Counted from the first letter of the stretch, positions 20,100-31,418 are shown. The stretch: DNA of 64,000 nt from Microcoleus sp. (GCA_042408215.1 JAYFMW010000005.1:32001-96000); one strand, 5' to 3'. The notes: a model not told the origin generated them from the letters alone. Numbers and translations: made by a program.

Positions 20100-21536
20100 A
20101 TGCGGGTTGCGATCGCAGGTGCGGGACTGGCTGGAATGACAACAGCCGTCGATTTAGTGGATGCAGGCCACCAAGTAGAAATTTTTGAATCCCGTCCCTT
20201 TGTAGGCGGCAAAGTCAGCAGTTGGGTAGATCCCGATGGTAATCACGTTGAAATGGGTTTGCACGTCTTCTTCGGCTGCTATTATAACTTATTTGCACTG
20301 ATGAAAAAAGTGGGAGCTTTTGACGATTTGCTCCTCAAAGAACACGTCCACACTTTTATTAATAGAGGTGGCGAAACTGGGAGTTTAGATTTTCGCTTCC
20401 CGGTGGGTGCTCCTTTGCACGGCTTGAAAGCATTTTTCACTACATCTCAGCTATCGGTACAGGACAAAATCCAAAATTCGATCGCCCTGGGAACTAGCCC
20501 CATCGTCCGAGGTTTGATCGACTTTGATGGAGCAATGAAAACCATCCGCAATTTGGATAAAATTAGTTTTGCTGACTGGTTTCGCAGCCACGGCGGCAAC
20601 CAAAACTCCCTCAAAAGGATGTGGAATCCGATCGCCTACGCCCTGGGTTTTATCGACACCGAAAATATTTCTGCCCGGTGTATGTTGACAATCTTTCAAT
20701 TCTTTGCTACCAAAACAGAAGCATCAATGATGCGAATGTTGGCTGGTTCTCCCAAGGAATATTTGCACAAACCAATTGTGGAATATTTGGAAAGCAAAGG
20801 CACGAAAATTCACACGCGACGCAGAGTGCGAGAAATTCAGTTTCAAGCAGGTGAAGAAACTCGCGTAACCGGTCTTGCAATAGCTAGCGGCGAAACCGAA
20901 GAAATTATTACGGCAGATGCTTATGTTTTTGCATTAGATGTGCCGGGAATTCAGAAAATATTGCCGACCGCTTGGCGGAAATGGTCGGAATTTGACAAGA
21001 TTTACAAATTGGATACTGTGCCGGTAGCGACAGTCCAATTGCGCTTTGACGGTTGGGTAACGGAACTTGAAGATGAAGCGAAGCGTAAACAATTAAGTCA
21101 TGCTGTAGGCATTGATAATTTGCTATATTCAGCAGATGCAGATTTTTCCTGTTTTGCTGATTTGGCCCTGACGAGTCCCAAGGATTATTATAAAGAAGGA
21201 GAAGGTTCGCTGTTGCAGTTGGTGTTGACACCTGGAGATCCGTTTATTAAACAAAGCAATGAGGCGATCGCCCAACACGTACTCAAGCAAGTTCAGGATT
21301 TATTCCCATCAGCGCGGGAATTAAACATGACTTGGTATAGTGTAGTTAAGCTCGCTCAATCTCTCTATCGCGAAGCACCGGGAATGGATGTTTATCGCCC
21401 TGCTCAAAAAACTCCGATCGCCAATTTCTTTCTAGCAGGAAGTTACACTCAGCAAGACTATATTGATAGCATGGAAGGAGCAACTCTTTCAGGGCATCAA
21501 GCGGCTAAGGCAATTCTTGAAGCTTACAGTCATTAG
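20100..21536 (+). CDS. zds: 9,9'-di-cis-zeta-carotene desaturase
   Basis: GAGLAG dinucleotide fold, [25 protein letters not shown]. Followed by an SRPBCC gene, as is usual for cyanobacterial crtQ. Confidence 0.95.
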   Translation: MRVAIAGAGLAGMTTAVDLVDAGHQVEIFESRPFVGGKVSSWVDPDGNHVEMGLHVFFGCYYNLFALMKKVGAFDDLLLKEHVHTFINRGGETGSLDFRFPVGAPLHGLKAFFTTSQLSVQDKIQNSIALGTSPIVRGLIDFDGAMKTIRNLDKISFADWFRSHGGNQNSLKRMWNPIAYALGFIDTENISARCMLTIFQFFATKTEASMMRMLAGSPKEYLHKPIVEYLESKGTKIHTRRRVREIQFQAGEETRVTGLAIASGETEEIITADAYVFALDVPGIQKILPTAWRKWSEFDKIYKLDTVPVATVQLRFDGWVTELEDEAKRKQLSHAVGIDNLLYSADADFSCFADLALTSPKDYYKEGEGSLLQLVLTPGDPFIKQSNEAIAQHVLKQVQDLFPSARELNMTWYSVVKLAQSLYREAPGMDVYRPAQKTPIANFFLAGSYTQQDYIDSMEGATLSGHQAAKAILEAYSH

Positions 21537-21649
21537 TCATGAGTCATTAGTCATTAGTCATGAGTCATTAGTCATTAGTCATTAGTCATGAGTCATTAGT
21601 CATTAGTCATTAGTCATGAGTCATTAGTCATTAGTCATTAGTCATTAGT
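21529..21649. repeat. Heptamer STRR (agtcatt/agtcatg)
   Basis: About 17 tandem 7-mers. Confidence 0.9.
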
Positions 21650-21953
21650 CCTCTCGATCCCCCCTAACCCCCCTTAATAAGGGGGGGACAGGAGCGTTAT
21701 CAAAGTCACCCCCTACTCCCCTTAATAAGGGGAGTAGGGGGTGGGACAAGAGTGTTCTCTTTCGTCCCTTAATCAGGGGAGTAGGGGGTGGGACAAGAGT
21801 GTTCTCAAAGTCTGCCTTAAGAAGTGGGGGGGACAAGAGTGTTCTCAAAGTCACCCCCTACTCCCCTTATTAAGGGGGATTTAGGGGGATCTAGACTCGA
21901 CAACAAACGAGAAATCAAAAATCAAAAATCAAAAATCAAAAATCAAAAATCCC

Positions 21954-22400
21954 ATGACTAATTGGTTAGAACATAGCGTACAAGTAGAAGTTGCAATTCC
22001 CATCGAATTAGCGTGGACACTTTGGTCTGACTTAGAGCAAATGCCGCGCTGGATGAAGTGGATTGAATCAGTTCGCATTCTCGAAGAAAACCCAGATTTG
22101 TCTCGCTGGAAACTCGCAACGGGTGGCTTGGAATTTAGCTGGCTTTCTCGGATTTTAAAGTTAACACCGAATCAGATTATGCAGTGGGAATCGGTGGACG
22201 GTTTGCCAAATCGAGGTGCGGTGCGGTTTTACGATCGCAAAAACAGCAGCATTGTCAAACTAACGGTAGCCTATGGAATTCCCGGCTGGCTGGCGAAATT
22301 GATGGACAATTCCTTTGTGGGGCGCGTAGTTGAATCAACACTTCAAGCAGATTTAGAGAGGTTTAAAGAGTACGCCCTCAAAGTCAAAGCAACATCCTAG
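21954..22400 (+). CDS. SRPBCC / polyketide cyclase family protein
   Basis: WLEHSVQVEV, WSDLEQMPRWM, WESVDGLPNRGAVRF. Confidence 0.9.
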   Translation: MTNWLEHSVQVEVAIPIELAWTLWSDLEQMPRWMKWIESVRILEENPDLSRWKLATGGLEFSWLSRILKLTPNQIMQWESVDGLPNRGAVRFYDRKNSSIVKLTVAYGIPGWLAKLMDNSFVGRVVESTLQADLERFKEYALKVKATS

Positions 22401-22608
22401 AAAGCAAAGGCACTTATTGAGAAGCCAGAAGGCAGAATTAAAGCAAGATTTTGCCTTGATTGCGTTCTTTAGGAAGTTGGAGTTAATTACAAATTAAAAA
22501 TTAACAGTATTAACAGTAGTGGGGACAAATAATTTTTAATTGTAACGCTAGGCTCGATCGCCCTTTTGCATCAGTATCATAGAAATATGCCGCCTAGCCT
22601 TGTCAATT

Positions 22609-24798
22609 ATGAGTTACTGTCTCAACCCCGCTTGTCAAAATCCCCAAAATGCCGATCGCACCCAATTTTGCCTAAGTTGCGGCTCCAAACTCTTGCTCAG
22701 AGAGCGTTACCGCGCCATCAAACCCCTGGGGCGAGGCGGTTTTGGCCGCACTTTTTTAGCAATAGATGAGGACAAACCCTCCAAACCCCGCTGCGCCATC
22801 AAACAATTTTTCCCCTTATCCCAAGGTACTAGCAGCGCCGAGAAAGCAGCAGAATTATTCAACCGAGAAGCCGTGCGGCTCGATGAATTGGGAAAACACC
22901 CACAAATTCCCGAATTGCTGGCACACTTTCAGCAGGAAAGCTATCAGTATTTGGTGCAGGAATTTATAGAAGGTCAAAATTTACAGGAAGAATTGACGCG
23001 GAATGGGGCTTTTAGCGAAAATCAGATTCGTAGTTTGCTGAATGATTTATTACCAGTATTGGAGTTTGTACACTCACGCAGTGTAATTCACCGAGATATT
23101 AAACCACCAAATATTATCCGGCGTCGCAGCATTCAACCTTCAATTATTTATACTTACCCAACATTAACGGGGGAATTAGTTTTAGTTGATTTTGGGGCAG
23201 CAAAAGTTGTCGAACCTTCGATAGATATCGGTACTGTCATCGGTTCTCCCGAATTTGTCGCGCCGGAACAAATTCGAGGTCAAGCGGTTTTTGCCAGCGA
23301 TTTGTATAGTTTGGGAGTAACTTGCATTTATTTGTTGACTCAAGTATCTCCTTTTGATTTGTTTGATATCAATCAGGATACTTGGGTTTGGCGAGACTTT
23401 TTGAAGGTGCAAATTGATCCGAAATTGGGCCGCATCCTTGATAAAATGATCGAACCGAGTCTCAGTCGTCGCTACAAATCTGTGGCTGAGGTACTCCAAG
23501 ATTTGCCACCGCAGCAGTCGGCGGGGGCGGGTACGGGGGCACCGCAGCAGAGGGCGGGTACGGGGGCACCGCAGCAGAGGGCGGGCACGGGGGCACCGCA
23601 GCAGTCGGCGGGCACGGGGGCACCGCAGCAGAGGGCGGGCACGGGGGCACCGCAGCAGAGGGCGGGCACGGGGGCACCGCAGCAGAGGGCGGGCACGGGG
23701 GCACCGCAGCAGAGGGCGGGCACGGGGGCACCGCCCCTACAAGGGCCTGTAATTCCTGTGCAGAATTCACTACCACCAACGGTTGCAGGCACTATTATAC
23801 CTGTGCCACAGATGCAGCGGGTTGTGCCGGCACACGCGCCCACTTGGAGGTGCGTTCATACTCTGGTAGGGCATTTAAATGCTGTCACATCGGTAGCTTT
23901 CAGTCCTGATGGCCAAACTTTAGCCAGTGGTAGCGAGGACAAGACGATTGAGATGTGGAAGTTGGACGCGGGAAAGCGGTGGTACACTCTCACGGGTCAT
24001 TCTGACTGGGTGACTTGTGTGGCTTTTTGTCCTGATGGCCGGACTTTGGCTAGCAGTGGCCGGGATAAAACTATTCAAATTTGGGATTTGAATAAGGGTA
24101 AGTGGTGGTACGCTTTGACTGGTCATTCTGACAGGGTTTCTGCTGTGGCGTTTAGCCCGAATGGTCAGGTTTTGGCTAGCAGCAGTCGGGACAAAACTGT
24201 GCGGTTGTGGAATTTGAATAAGGGTAAATTGATGTCTACTTTGACTGGTCACGCTGAGGGGGTGGAAGCGGTGGCTTTTAGTGCTGGTGGGGAGTTTTTG
24301 GCTAGCGCTAGTCGGGACAAGACTGTGCGGTTGTGGGATTGGCCAAGTGGCCGATCGCTTTGTACTTTAGCAGAGCATGGGGATTGGGTGCGATCGACTG
24401 TTTTTGCTTCGACCCCCCCCAGCCAGGGCGGGCACGGGGGCACCGCCCCTACAAGGGGGGGAGTAGGAGGTGGGTCAATTTTGGCGACGGGAAGTCGCGA
24501 TGGTACGGCGAAACTTTGGCGGGTGGATGCTGGGGGGCGAGGGATGCTGCTGCGAAGTATGAGGGATAATTCTGGGGATGTTTTGTGTGTGGCTTTGAGC
24601 CCGGATGGTCGGGTTTTGGCGACGGGGAGTCGGGATGGTACGATTTATTTGTGGGATGCTGAGGGCGGGGGTTTGCTGGAAATTCTGTCTGGGCACGGGG
24701 GGGAGGTTTTGTCGGTGGGGTTTAGTGCTGATGGGGGGAGTTTGGCTAGCGGTGGGGCCGATCGCACTGTGAAGATTTGGCGGGCGATCGGCAATTAG
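22609..24798 (+). CDS. Ser/Thr protein kinase with WD40 repeats
   Basis: N-terminal CLNPxC..CxxCG, LGRGGFGRT, HRDIKPPN, LVDFG, APEQ; seven WD40 repeats at the C-terminus. Confidence 0.95.
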   Translation: MSYCLNPACQNPQNADRTQFCLSCGSKLLLRERYRAIKPLGRGGFGRTFLAIDEDKPSKPRCAIKQFFPLSQGTSSAEKAAELFNREAVRLDELGKHPQIPELLAHFQQESYQYLVQEFIEGQNLQEELTRNGAFSENQIRSLLNDLLPVLEFVHSRSVIHRDIKPPNIIRRRSIQPSIIYTYPTLTGELVLVDFGAAKVVEPSIDIGTVIGSPEFVAPEQIRGQAVFASDLYSLGVTCIYLLTQVSPFDLFDINQDTWVWRDFLKVQIDPKLGRILDKMIEPSLSRRYKSVAEVLQDLPPQQSAGAGTGAPQQRAGTGAPQQRAGTGAPQQSAGTGAPQQRAGTGAPQQRAGTGAPQQRAGTGAPQQRAGTGAPPLQGPVIPVQNSLPPTVAGTIIPVPQMQRVVPAHAPTWRCVHTLVGHLNAVTSVAFSPDGQTLASGSEDKTIEMWKLDAGKRWYTLTGHSDWVTCVAFCPDGRTLASSGRDKTIQIWDLNKGKWWYALTGHSDRVSAVAFSPNGQVLASSSRDKTVRLWNLNKGKLMSTLTGHAEGVEAVAFSAGGEFLASASRDKTVRLWDWPSGRSLCTLAEHGDWVRSTVFASTPPSQGGHGGTAPTRGGVGGGSILATGSRDGTAKLWRVDAGGRGMLLRSMRDNSGDVLCVALSPDGRVLATGSRDGTIYLWDAEGGGLLEILSGHGGEVLSVGFSADGGSLASGGADRTVKIWRAIGN
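23508..23742 (+). repeat. In-frame 27-bp tandem repeat (AGTGAPQQR) x~8
   Basis: gggcgggcacgggggcaccgcagcaga repeated, ending in gcccctacaa. A single related copy lies at ~24426-24453. Confidence 0.9.
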
Positions 24799-24818
24799 GG
24801 GAAATTTAATTTTTATGC

Positions 24819-24848
24819 TTGACAGGCGATCGAAGGTTGTGCTACATT
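24819..24848 (+). promoter_or_regulatory. Sigma70-type promoter of tRNA-Val
   Basis: TTGACA (24819-24824), 18 nt, then TACATT (24843-24848) with a TGn extended -10. Confidence 0.7.
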
Positions 24849-24860
24849 AGGAATTCGTGA

Positions 24861-24934
<74 letters not shown>

Positions 24935-25247
24935 TAGATAAAACCAGAGTTTACGAGTCCGGTTTCGCTTCGGCGGTTGATGCTGTGGTGGGATTTAAAA
25001 GGGCGATCGATCTGGTAGAGTTTAGTATGGTAAGGGATCGCATCTTTAATGTCTGGTTAGCTTGTGATTCCGGTTTGGTGCGATCGGATGGATCAGCGTT
25101 TGGCGGGTGGTTGAGGGGGTAAGTGCGATCGGGCACAGTCTGCTTCCCCCCAGGGTTCACCTAGATACAGATGTTCATATCACCTAGCTAATGGGTTGCT
25201 TGTGGTTGTCCAAAAATCAGAAACTTAATAATTTGGGGAGACATAGA

Positions 25248-28200
25248 ATGTCTACAAGAATTGAAGAAGTTAAGAAGCAGTTATCTAGTCAAAGTGAGCA
25301 AGAAAGACTTGCTGCTTTATCAGAAACTCTCAATTATGGTCAACAAGGTTTAGAACTTTTGATTGAACAGTCTATCAAAGATCAATCAGACAGAGTTAAA
25401 CAATTTGCCTACAGAATTTTTCGGGGTGATACTTCTTATTTTAGGGCCAATACACCAGAAAACTTAACAACTTCCCCAACAGATGTTATTACTTCTCTGG
25501 CAATAAGTCCAGATAATACTATTTTAGTAGGAGGGAGTTGGCAAAAAATTTGGGTATGGAATTTGCAAAGCGGGGCAATAATTCGTACTATTGAAGGACA
25601 TTCGCACTGGGTTTTGTCTGTTGCTATTAGTCCTGATGGAAATACATTAGTTACCGGAAGTGCAGACAAAACTATTAAGGTATGGAATTTAAAAACTGGG
25701 CAAATTATTCACACGCTTAATGGTCATTCTAGTTGGATTACTGCTGTTGATATCGCTGCTGATGGAAAAACAATTGTTAGCGGTAGCACAGATAAAACCC
25801 TCAAAATATGGGAGCTAAATACAGGTAAGCTAAGTAAAACCATAAAAAATGAAAAGGAACTATCTTGTGTTTTGAGCTTATGTATGAGCCATGATGGAAA
25901 AGTGATCGCTTGTGGAAGCACTAATAATAAAATCACCTTATGGAATTTAGATAGCGGTCAACTCATACGCAGTATTGAAGGACATTCAGCTTGGATTCAA
26001 TCTTTAAGTATTACTTCAGACAACACAACCTTAATTAGTGGAAGTCGTGATGGTGTTGTCAAATTTTGGCAATCCAAAACTGAAGAAGTCTCTTCAAATC
26101 AATCAGGTTCAGTTTTGGGTACAGGTTTACTAGATGTAGCAGCTACTGTAGCAGGATTTTCATTAGGAGGGCCTCTAGCTGTAGGGGCTTGGGTTTTAGG
26201 TAGAATTATTGTTGCCGAATTAGATAATAAAAATTTGCCTACGTTACCTCTTCAAAATTTAGAATGCACCAAGACTTACCCAAATAATCAATCAATTAAT
26301 TCTCTAACTTGTCATGTCAATCAAAATATACTTGTCGTCGGTTTTTCCAAAAACATTAAAATCTTTGACTTAAAAGATCATAGAATCATCTACACTTTAC
26401 CAGAACAACCCGGTTTTATTAGCTCTGTAGCAGTTAGTCCTAATGGAAAAACTCTTGCTGTTGCAGGGAAAGATTGGGTAACATTGTTGAAGCCAGAAAC
26501 AGGAAAACCACTTCATGCTATTAAGGGATGTTCTTATCCAAAACTAAGCAAGATTGTGATTTTAGAATCTTCCCAAGAACTTTTCTATGGTCAATCTAAA
26601 CATTTTACTGTTAAAGGTTTCGACCAGAATAATAGAGAGATGAGCCTTAACAATACAGATGTTAAATGGGAAACTACCGGAGGGAAAATCGAACAAGGTT
26701 TATTTACAGCCGGTCAACGAGAAGGAAGATTTGAAGTTAAAGCAAAGATAGGCATTTTTGAGGCTTCTGTCACAATTACTATTATTCAGCCTCCTAGAAT
26801 CCGTGAGATTTCTGTTACTCCTTCTAGGATTAATTTAGAGTTTGGTAAAACTCAACAATTTACAGCACAAGTTTTAGATCAACGAAAAAATCCCATGCAG
26901 GAAACTGTATTATGGGAAGTAAGCGGAGGCGGAACGATTGACCAAAACGGCAATTTTGTAGCTGGAAGTGAGGCAGATAAATTTGAAATCATAGCTTCAG
27001 CCGGTTCAATTGTGCGACTTATTCCCATTACTATTATTGCTCCTCGCAAGCTAGATAAACTGATTATTACATCTTCAATAGATCAATTAGAGTTTGGGCA
27101 GAGTTTTCAGTTTCAAGTAAAAGGCAAAGATCAGTATGGTGACAATATCCAAACTGGAGCAATTAGTTGGTCAGTAAGTAATAGAGGAGGAAGCATTGAT
27201 CAAAATGGCAATTTTGTAGCTGGAAAAGAAGCAGATGAATTTGAAATTATCGCTTCAGTCAGTTCAATTCGTCGAGTTATCCCTATTACGATTATTGAAC
27301 CTCCGAGGCTAACAGAACTAATTGTTACATCCTCAATATCTCAATTAGAGTTTGGGCAGAGTTTTCAATTTCAAGTTAAGGGAGTAGATCAGTATGGTAA
27401 CAACATACAAGCTGGAAAAGTTACGTGGTCAGCAATTAGTGGAAACATTGATAATCGGGGTAGATTTTATGCGGGCGACCGAGAAGACACTGTTATTATT
27501 AAAGCCAGTGTAGGGACAATTGAAACTTCCACTGAAGTTAAAGTTTACGAACCTTCTCGGTTAACTTTCCTAGATATTTTCCCTTCATCTGTTACTTTAG
27601 AACCAGGAAAAAGTCAAATATTTAATCTGGTTGCTTTAAATCAACGAGGTGAAGAAATATCTGTCAGTGATATAGAATGGAATGCAACAGACGGATTTAT
27701 TGATCAAAATGGCAATTTTTCTAGTGGAGAACAGCAAAAAGGTGATTGTCAAGTCACTGTCAATGTGGGACATTTAAGAGCTAAGGCGGAAGTTACTGTT
27801 ATTCCTGTTCTGAGAGGGATAAAAATATCTCCTGAACAGGTAGAAATTAAACCAGAAGAAGCATTTACTTTTACTGTAACTGGATTCGATCAGGTCGGCG
27901 ATCCTTTAGACATAATGAATGTTATATGGACGACTACTAATGGTGGCTCAATTACTGATAAAGGTGATTTTAAAGGCAATTATAACAAGCGCGAAGTTAC
28001 TGTCACCGCAAAATCGGGAAAATTTAGCAATACAGCTAAAGTGATTCTCCTACCTGTCTTAAAACGTTTAGAAGTTCAACCTGGTTTTGTTTATCTTAAA
28101 TCAAGCGAACAGCAAACATTTGTTGCTAAAGGATTCGATCAATTCGGCTCTCCCATCGTGGCCGATGAGGTTTATTGGGAAACAACCGGAGGTAAAATTG

Positions 28201-29735
28201 ATCAAGATGGTACATTAACTTTTACTCAGAATGAGCAAGGTTATTTTCAAGTAACTGCAACATCTCAATTAGTTCCTAAGTATACGCAAGATGTAAGAAA
28301 ACTCTTTTTATACACTGGGATTTCTAGCAGAATAATATCTTACTTAATTTCCTATGAAATGCTGCTCCAAGAAATATTTGCTTTAGATTCAGGTTCAACA
28401 GATACCGAGAAAAATTTAGATGATTCCATAGTTGATGAGACACAAGAATTAGATATAAGTACAGAGGAATTCGAGGCAATTCAAGAGACGTATACGATAG
28501 TAGAAGCTGACGAACAACTAGATATAGAGGTAGATAGAACAACAGATATTGATACAGTAGAACCAAATGTATTAGATTTTTATACGGCTTTAGAAGGGTG
28601 GTTTTGGAAAAAGCTGCAAAAGCTAGTAGCTAAGGTTTTTCTTTCTATCAGCCGTTTTTGCTTGAGTGAAGCAAGTGCAAACTTAAGTGCTTCTGCTGAT
28701 GTCTTTGTTTTGGCTGTTGAATACAATCCCTATAAATATTTTAAATGTCTTAATGTCCTTAATGGTCATTTTGATAGTGATTTTGATCGTGATTTGGGAT
28801 TGATTCATACTTCTTTGGCTATTACACCAGATGGACAGAAACTTGTTAGTGGTAGTTGGTGTGACAATACTATAAAAATCTGGAATTTAAACACCGGAGA
28901 GTTACTTAGTACGCTAGAAGCCTGTGTTTACTGTGTTGCGATTACTCCAGACGGGCAAACGCTTGTTAGTGCGGGTGCGAATAGCACCATTAAAATTTGG
29001 GATTTAAAGACGAACGAGTTGCTACACTCTCTACATTGTTCAAATGAGGTTTATTTAGTAGCAATTACACCCGATGGCCAAAAGTTAATTGGTGTAGAAG
29101 ACTCCAACATTATTCAAATATGGGATTTAAACAACCAAGAACTCTTAAAAAGTTTGGGAACTTATTCATTACACTCTGGGCATCTTCATTGGTGGGATAG
29201 TAACTCTATTGTTATTTCTCCAGACCAACAGACAATAATTGTAGGAAATGAAATTATCAAATCCTATGATTTAATAACCGGAAAATTGCGAACTATTATA
29301 GGATGTAATCCAGAATGGATTCATGCTTTGGCTATTACGCCAGATGGTAAAATACTTATTAGCGGACATGACAGAAAGATTAAAATTTGGGATTTAACGG
29401 CAAAGAAATATCCCGAGGTTCGGCTGACTTTAAAGAGTTCTACTCAAGAAGTCGAAGCTCTTACACTTACACCAGATGGTCAAAGAATTGTATCGGCTGG
29501 TTATAGATTCAAAAAATATAAATCTTATGGTTATAGATTCAAAAAACACGAATCTTATGAGTGGTTTATTGAAATATGGGACTTAAATACTGGAGAAAGA
29601 CTTGGCTCTATAAAAAGGTATTTCACAGGCAATCGTTTCATTAGCCTTGCAATTACCCCAGATGGAAAACAAATTATTAGTAGTCACTGTGATGGAACTA
29701 TTCGGATATGGGGAATCCCAGAGTTGAGTATGTAA
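25248..29735 (+). CDS. Large multidomain protein: HEAT-like N-terminus, WD40 propeller, ~7 Ig-like (Big_2-type) repeats, acidic linker, second WD40 propeller
   Basis: WD repeats (GHSHWVLSVAISPDG). Seven F(T/Q)VxGxDQ...W...GGxIDxxGxF units. AT-rich and HIP1-poor. Confidence 0.85.
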   Translation: MSTRIEEVKKQLSSQSEQERLAALSETLNYGQQGLELLIEQSIKDQSDRVKQFAYRIFRGDTSYFRANTPENLTTSPTDVITSLAISPDNTILVGGSWQKIWVWNLQSGAIIRTIEGHSHWVLSVAISPDGNTLVTGSADKTIKVWNLKTGQIIHTLNGHSSWITAVDIAADGKTIVSGSTDKTLKIWELNTGKLSKTIKNEKELSCVLSLCMSHDGKVIACGSTNNKITLWNLDSGQLIRSIEGHSAWIQSLSITSDNTTLISGSRDGVVKFWQSKTEEVSSNQSGSVLGTGLLDVAATVAGFSLGGPLAVGAWVLGRIIVAELDNKNLPTLPLQNLECTKTYPNNQSINSLTCHVNQNILVVGFSKNIKIFDLKDHRIIYTLPEQPGFISSVAVSPNGKTLAVAGKDWVTLLKPETGKPLHAIKGCSYPKLSKIVILESSQELFYGQSKHFTVKGFDQNNREMSLNNTDVKWETTGGKIEQGLFTAGQREGRFEVKAKIGIFEASVTITIIQPPRIREISVTPSRINLEFGKTQQFTAQVLDQRKNPMQETVLWEVSGGGTIDQNGNFVAGSEADKFEIIASAGSIVRLIPITIIAPRKLDKLIITSSIDQLEFGQSFQFQVKGKDQYGDNIQTGAISWSVSNRGGSIDQNGNFVAGKEADEFEIIASVSSIRRVIPITIIEPPRLTELIVTSSISQLEFGQSFQFQVKGVDQYGNNIQAGKVTWSAISGNIDNRGRFYAGDREDTVIIKASVGTIETSTEVKVYEPSRLTFLDIFPSSVTLEPGKSQIFNLVALNQRGEEISVSDIEWNATDGFIDQNGNFSSGEQQKGDCQVTVNVGHLRAKAEVTVIPVLRGIKISPEQVEIKPEEAFTFTVTGFDQVGDPLDIMNVIWTTTNGGSITDKGDFKGNYNKREVTVTAKSGKFSNTAKVILLPVLKRLEVQPGFVYLKSSEQQTFVAKGFDQFGSPIVADEVYWETTGGKIDQDGTLTFTQNEQGYFQVTATSQLVPKYTQDVRKLFLYTGISSRIISYLISYEMLLQEIFALDSGSTDTEKNLDDSIVDETQELDISTEEFEAIQETYTIVEADEQLDIEVDRTTDIDTVEPNVLDFYTALEGWFWKKLQKLVAKVFLSISRFCLSEASANLSASADVFVLAVEYNPYKYFKCLNVLNGHFDSDFDRDLGLIHTSLAITPDGQKLVSGSWCDNTIKIWNLNTGELLSTLEACVYCVAITPDGQTLVSAGANSTIKIWDLKTNELLHSLHCSNEVYLVAITPDGQKLIGVEDSNIIQIWDLNNQELLKSLGTYSLHSGHLHWWDSNSIVISPDQQTIIVGNEIIKSYDLITGKLRTIIGCNPEWIHALAITPDGKILISGHDRKIKIWDLTAKKYPEVRLTLKSSTQEVEALTLTPDGQRIVSAGYRFKKYKSYGYRFKKHESYEWFIEIWDLNTGERLGSIKRYFTGNRFISLAITPDGKQIISSHCDGTIRIWGIPELSM

Positions 29736-29864
29736 CAATAGCAGTTCTCAGTTGCCGACAACACAGGGTAGCTACCGATGTAGTGGAGTTATCGGTCGTT
29801 TTAAAATTTGTTTAACAACCCCATGATAATTAGGATTTTCTCAACCTTCTAATTAACGAATCAG

Positions 29865-30092
29865 CTACTTATTTCCACTGACTGTTAATAATCTCGCTTG
29901 CACAGATTCTAAAATCGAATCTCGAATAAAAGCACTAGCCTTGATAATTTCTATCCCAATTAATTCCCCCGCTTCATTGATTTCTACCGTAATATTAGGA
30001 CTGATTTCCACACTGCCGGCTTCCCGTTCATCAGAAAGAGTTAAATGAAGAATATCCTCTTTTTCAAAATACGCCATTTTTGGATTATTCAT
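29865..30092 (-). CDS. DUF2283 domain protein (putative antitoxin)
   Basis: YFEKEDILHLTL...ITVEINEAGELIGIEIIKAS pattern. Confidence 0.8.
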   Translation of the reverse strand: MNNPKMAYFEKEDILHLTLSDEREAGSVEISPNITVEINEAGELIGIEIIKASAFIRDSILESVQARLLTVSGNK

Positions 30093-30356
30093 AAATTACA
30101 AATCTCCCAATTGTTAAACGAAACTTTATTTGTTGACGAGTAGTTGCACAGTGATCGGAGTCATAGAATCTTCGTTTATTTCATAAGGTATCATAACCAA
30201 TTCCTGATTATGTTTACCCACAACAATTTGACTTCCCGTTACTGTGTCATCATACCTTTCTCCCGAAAATCTAATAATATTTTCCAAGATACTTAAGTCA
30301 AACCCCCTTAACTAGGCTCTATATTGCATATAGTCAGTCCAGATAATCTTAACCAT
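30085..30356 (-). pseudogene. Inactivated partner (putative RelE-like toxin) of the DUF2283 gene
   Basis: MVKIIWTDYMQYRA*LRGFDLSILENIIRFSGERYDDTVTGSQIVVGKH...TPITV, frameshift, then TTRQQIKFRLTIGRFVIYE*. Overlaps the DUF2283 ATG. Confidence 0.7.
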
Positions 30357-30399
30357 ATCTATTATAGTTACATAACCGTGTTCTTTTCCCCATTGTATC

Positions 30400-31317
30400 T
30401 AAGCTTGAGCCATTTGCGACATCCGACCACGCTGTTCAGGTTTTACCGGAATCAAGAGCAGCATTAAGTTGTTTTGCATCTTAAACCAATTTCTTGCTGA
30501 TGTTGTGATTCAACCATTCTTGAAAGCGCTTTTCTCTCCCAGAGAGCCTTCTGAGCAAGCGTCTAGCCGCCTGAGTGCGTTTGGATTGAATATTCGCGAT
30601 CGCCTTGCTATACTGGTCACGAACGGTTTGAATTTCTCGATCGCTCCCAGACTCACCCGTGGAATTGGTAGCAAGATCTCTAGGACCAAAATCAACTCCA
30701 ATTACTTGAGGATTTTTGCTAGTTGGCGGGCTGTCAATTGCAACTGTAAAGTGAATGTAATAATCATCTTGCTTGGTTTTACAAAGCGTTGCGCTCGTCA
30801 AAATTTGACCACGCAACAATGCAATGTGAACACCGCCAGCCCATCGAAATATTAAACTGTTTGCGTCCACTAATCAGAGTAATGCCAACTGTTTGCTCAG
30901 ATTATTTGTACTCAACATTACGAGGATTTTACCGGATCAAAGTTGTTCTTAATTTGTGGATTTTATGAACAGCTTTGGCGTTAGTAATCCCTCTGCTAAT
31001 TGCTAGACATGGTTGGCTTTAAATCCAGTCGCAGCCTTAACCGAATAATAGGTTTTATGATGTAACTTGGTTGTATTCCAACAATCTTATTTCGGAGCAA
31101 TCTGCAAAATCTGATTGCAAGCATCAGCAAATCCCCTGCAAGGGTTTGGTCAATTTCTGGACGCAAGTTTGTAGTTACTATTAGCTTACACTTAACAGAA
31201 AGGGCTTGAGTCATAGTATAATCCTGACTAACAGTGAACAGTTAACAGTTAAGAGTGAACAGTTAACTGTTCACTCTTAACAGTGAAGCGGAGTACGGGG
31301 TCTCCTGCGAGGTTTAG
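30400..31317 (-). pseudogene. tnpB: Degenerate IS200/IS605-family tnpB element
   Basis: Fragments MTQALSVKCKL, VIGVDFG (RuvC-I) and RRLSGREKRFQEWLNHNISKKLV in different frames. Left-end-like sequence at ~31285-31317. Confidence 0.8.
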
Positions 31318-31418
31318 ATGAAGAAGTGTATTAGGTCGCGCTCAATGGCGGGTTGCGCCATCGAGCGCGACCTACCGAAGTTTAGCTATTGATTGAAGTC
31401 AAATTTTGGATCAAATCT

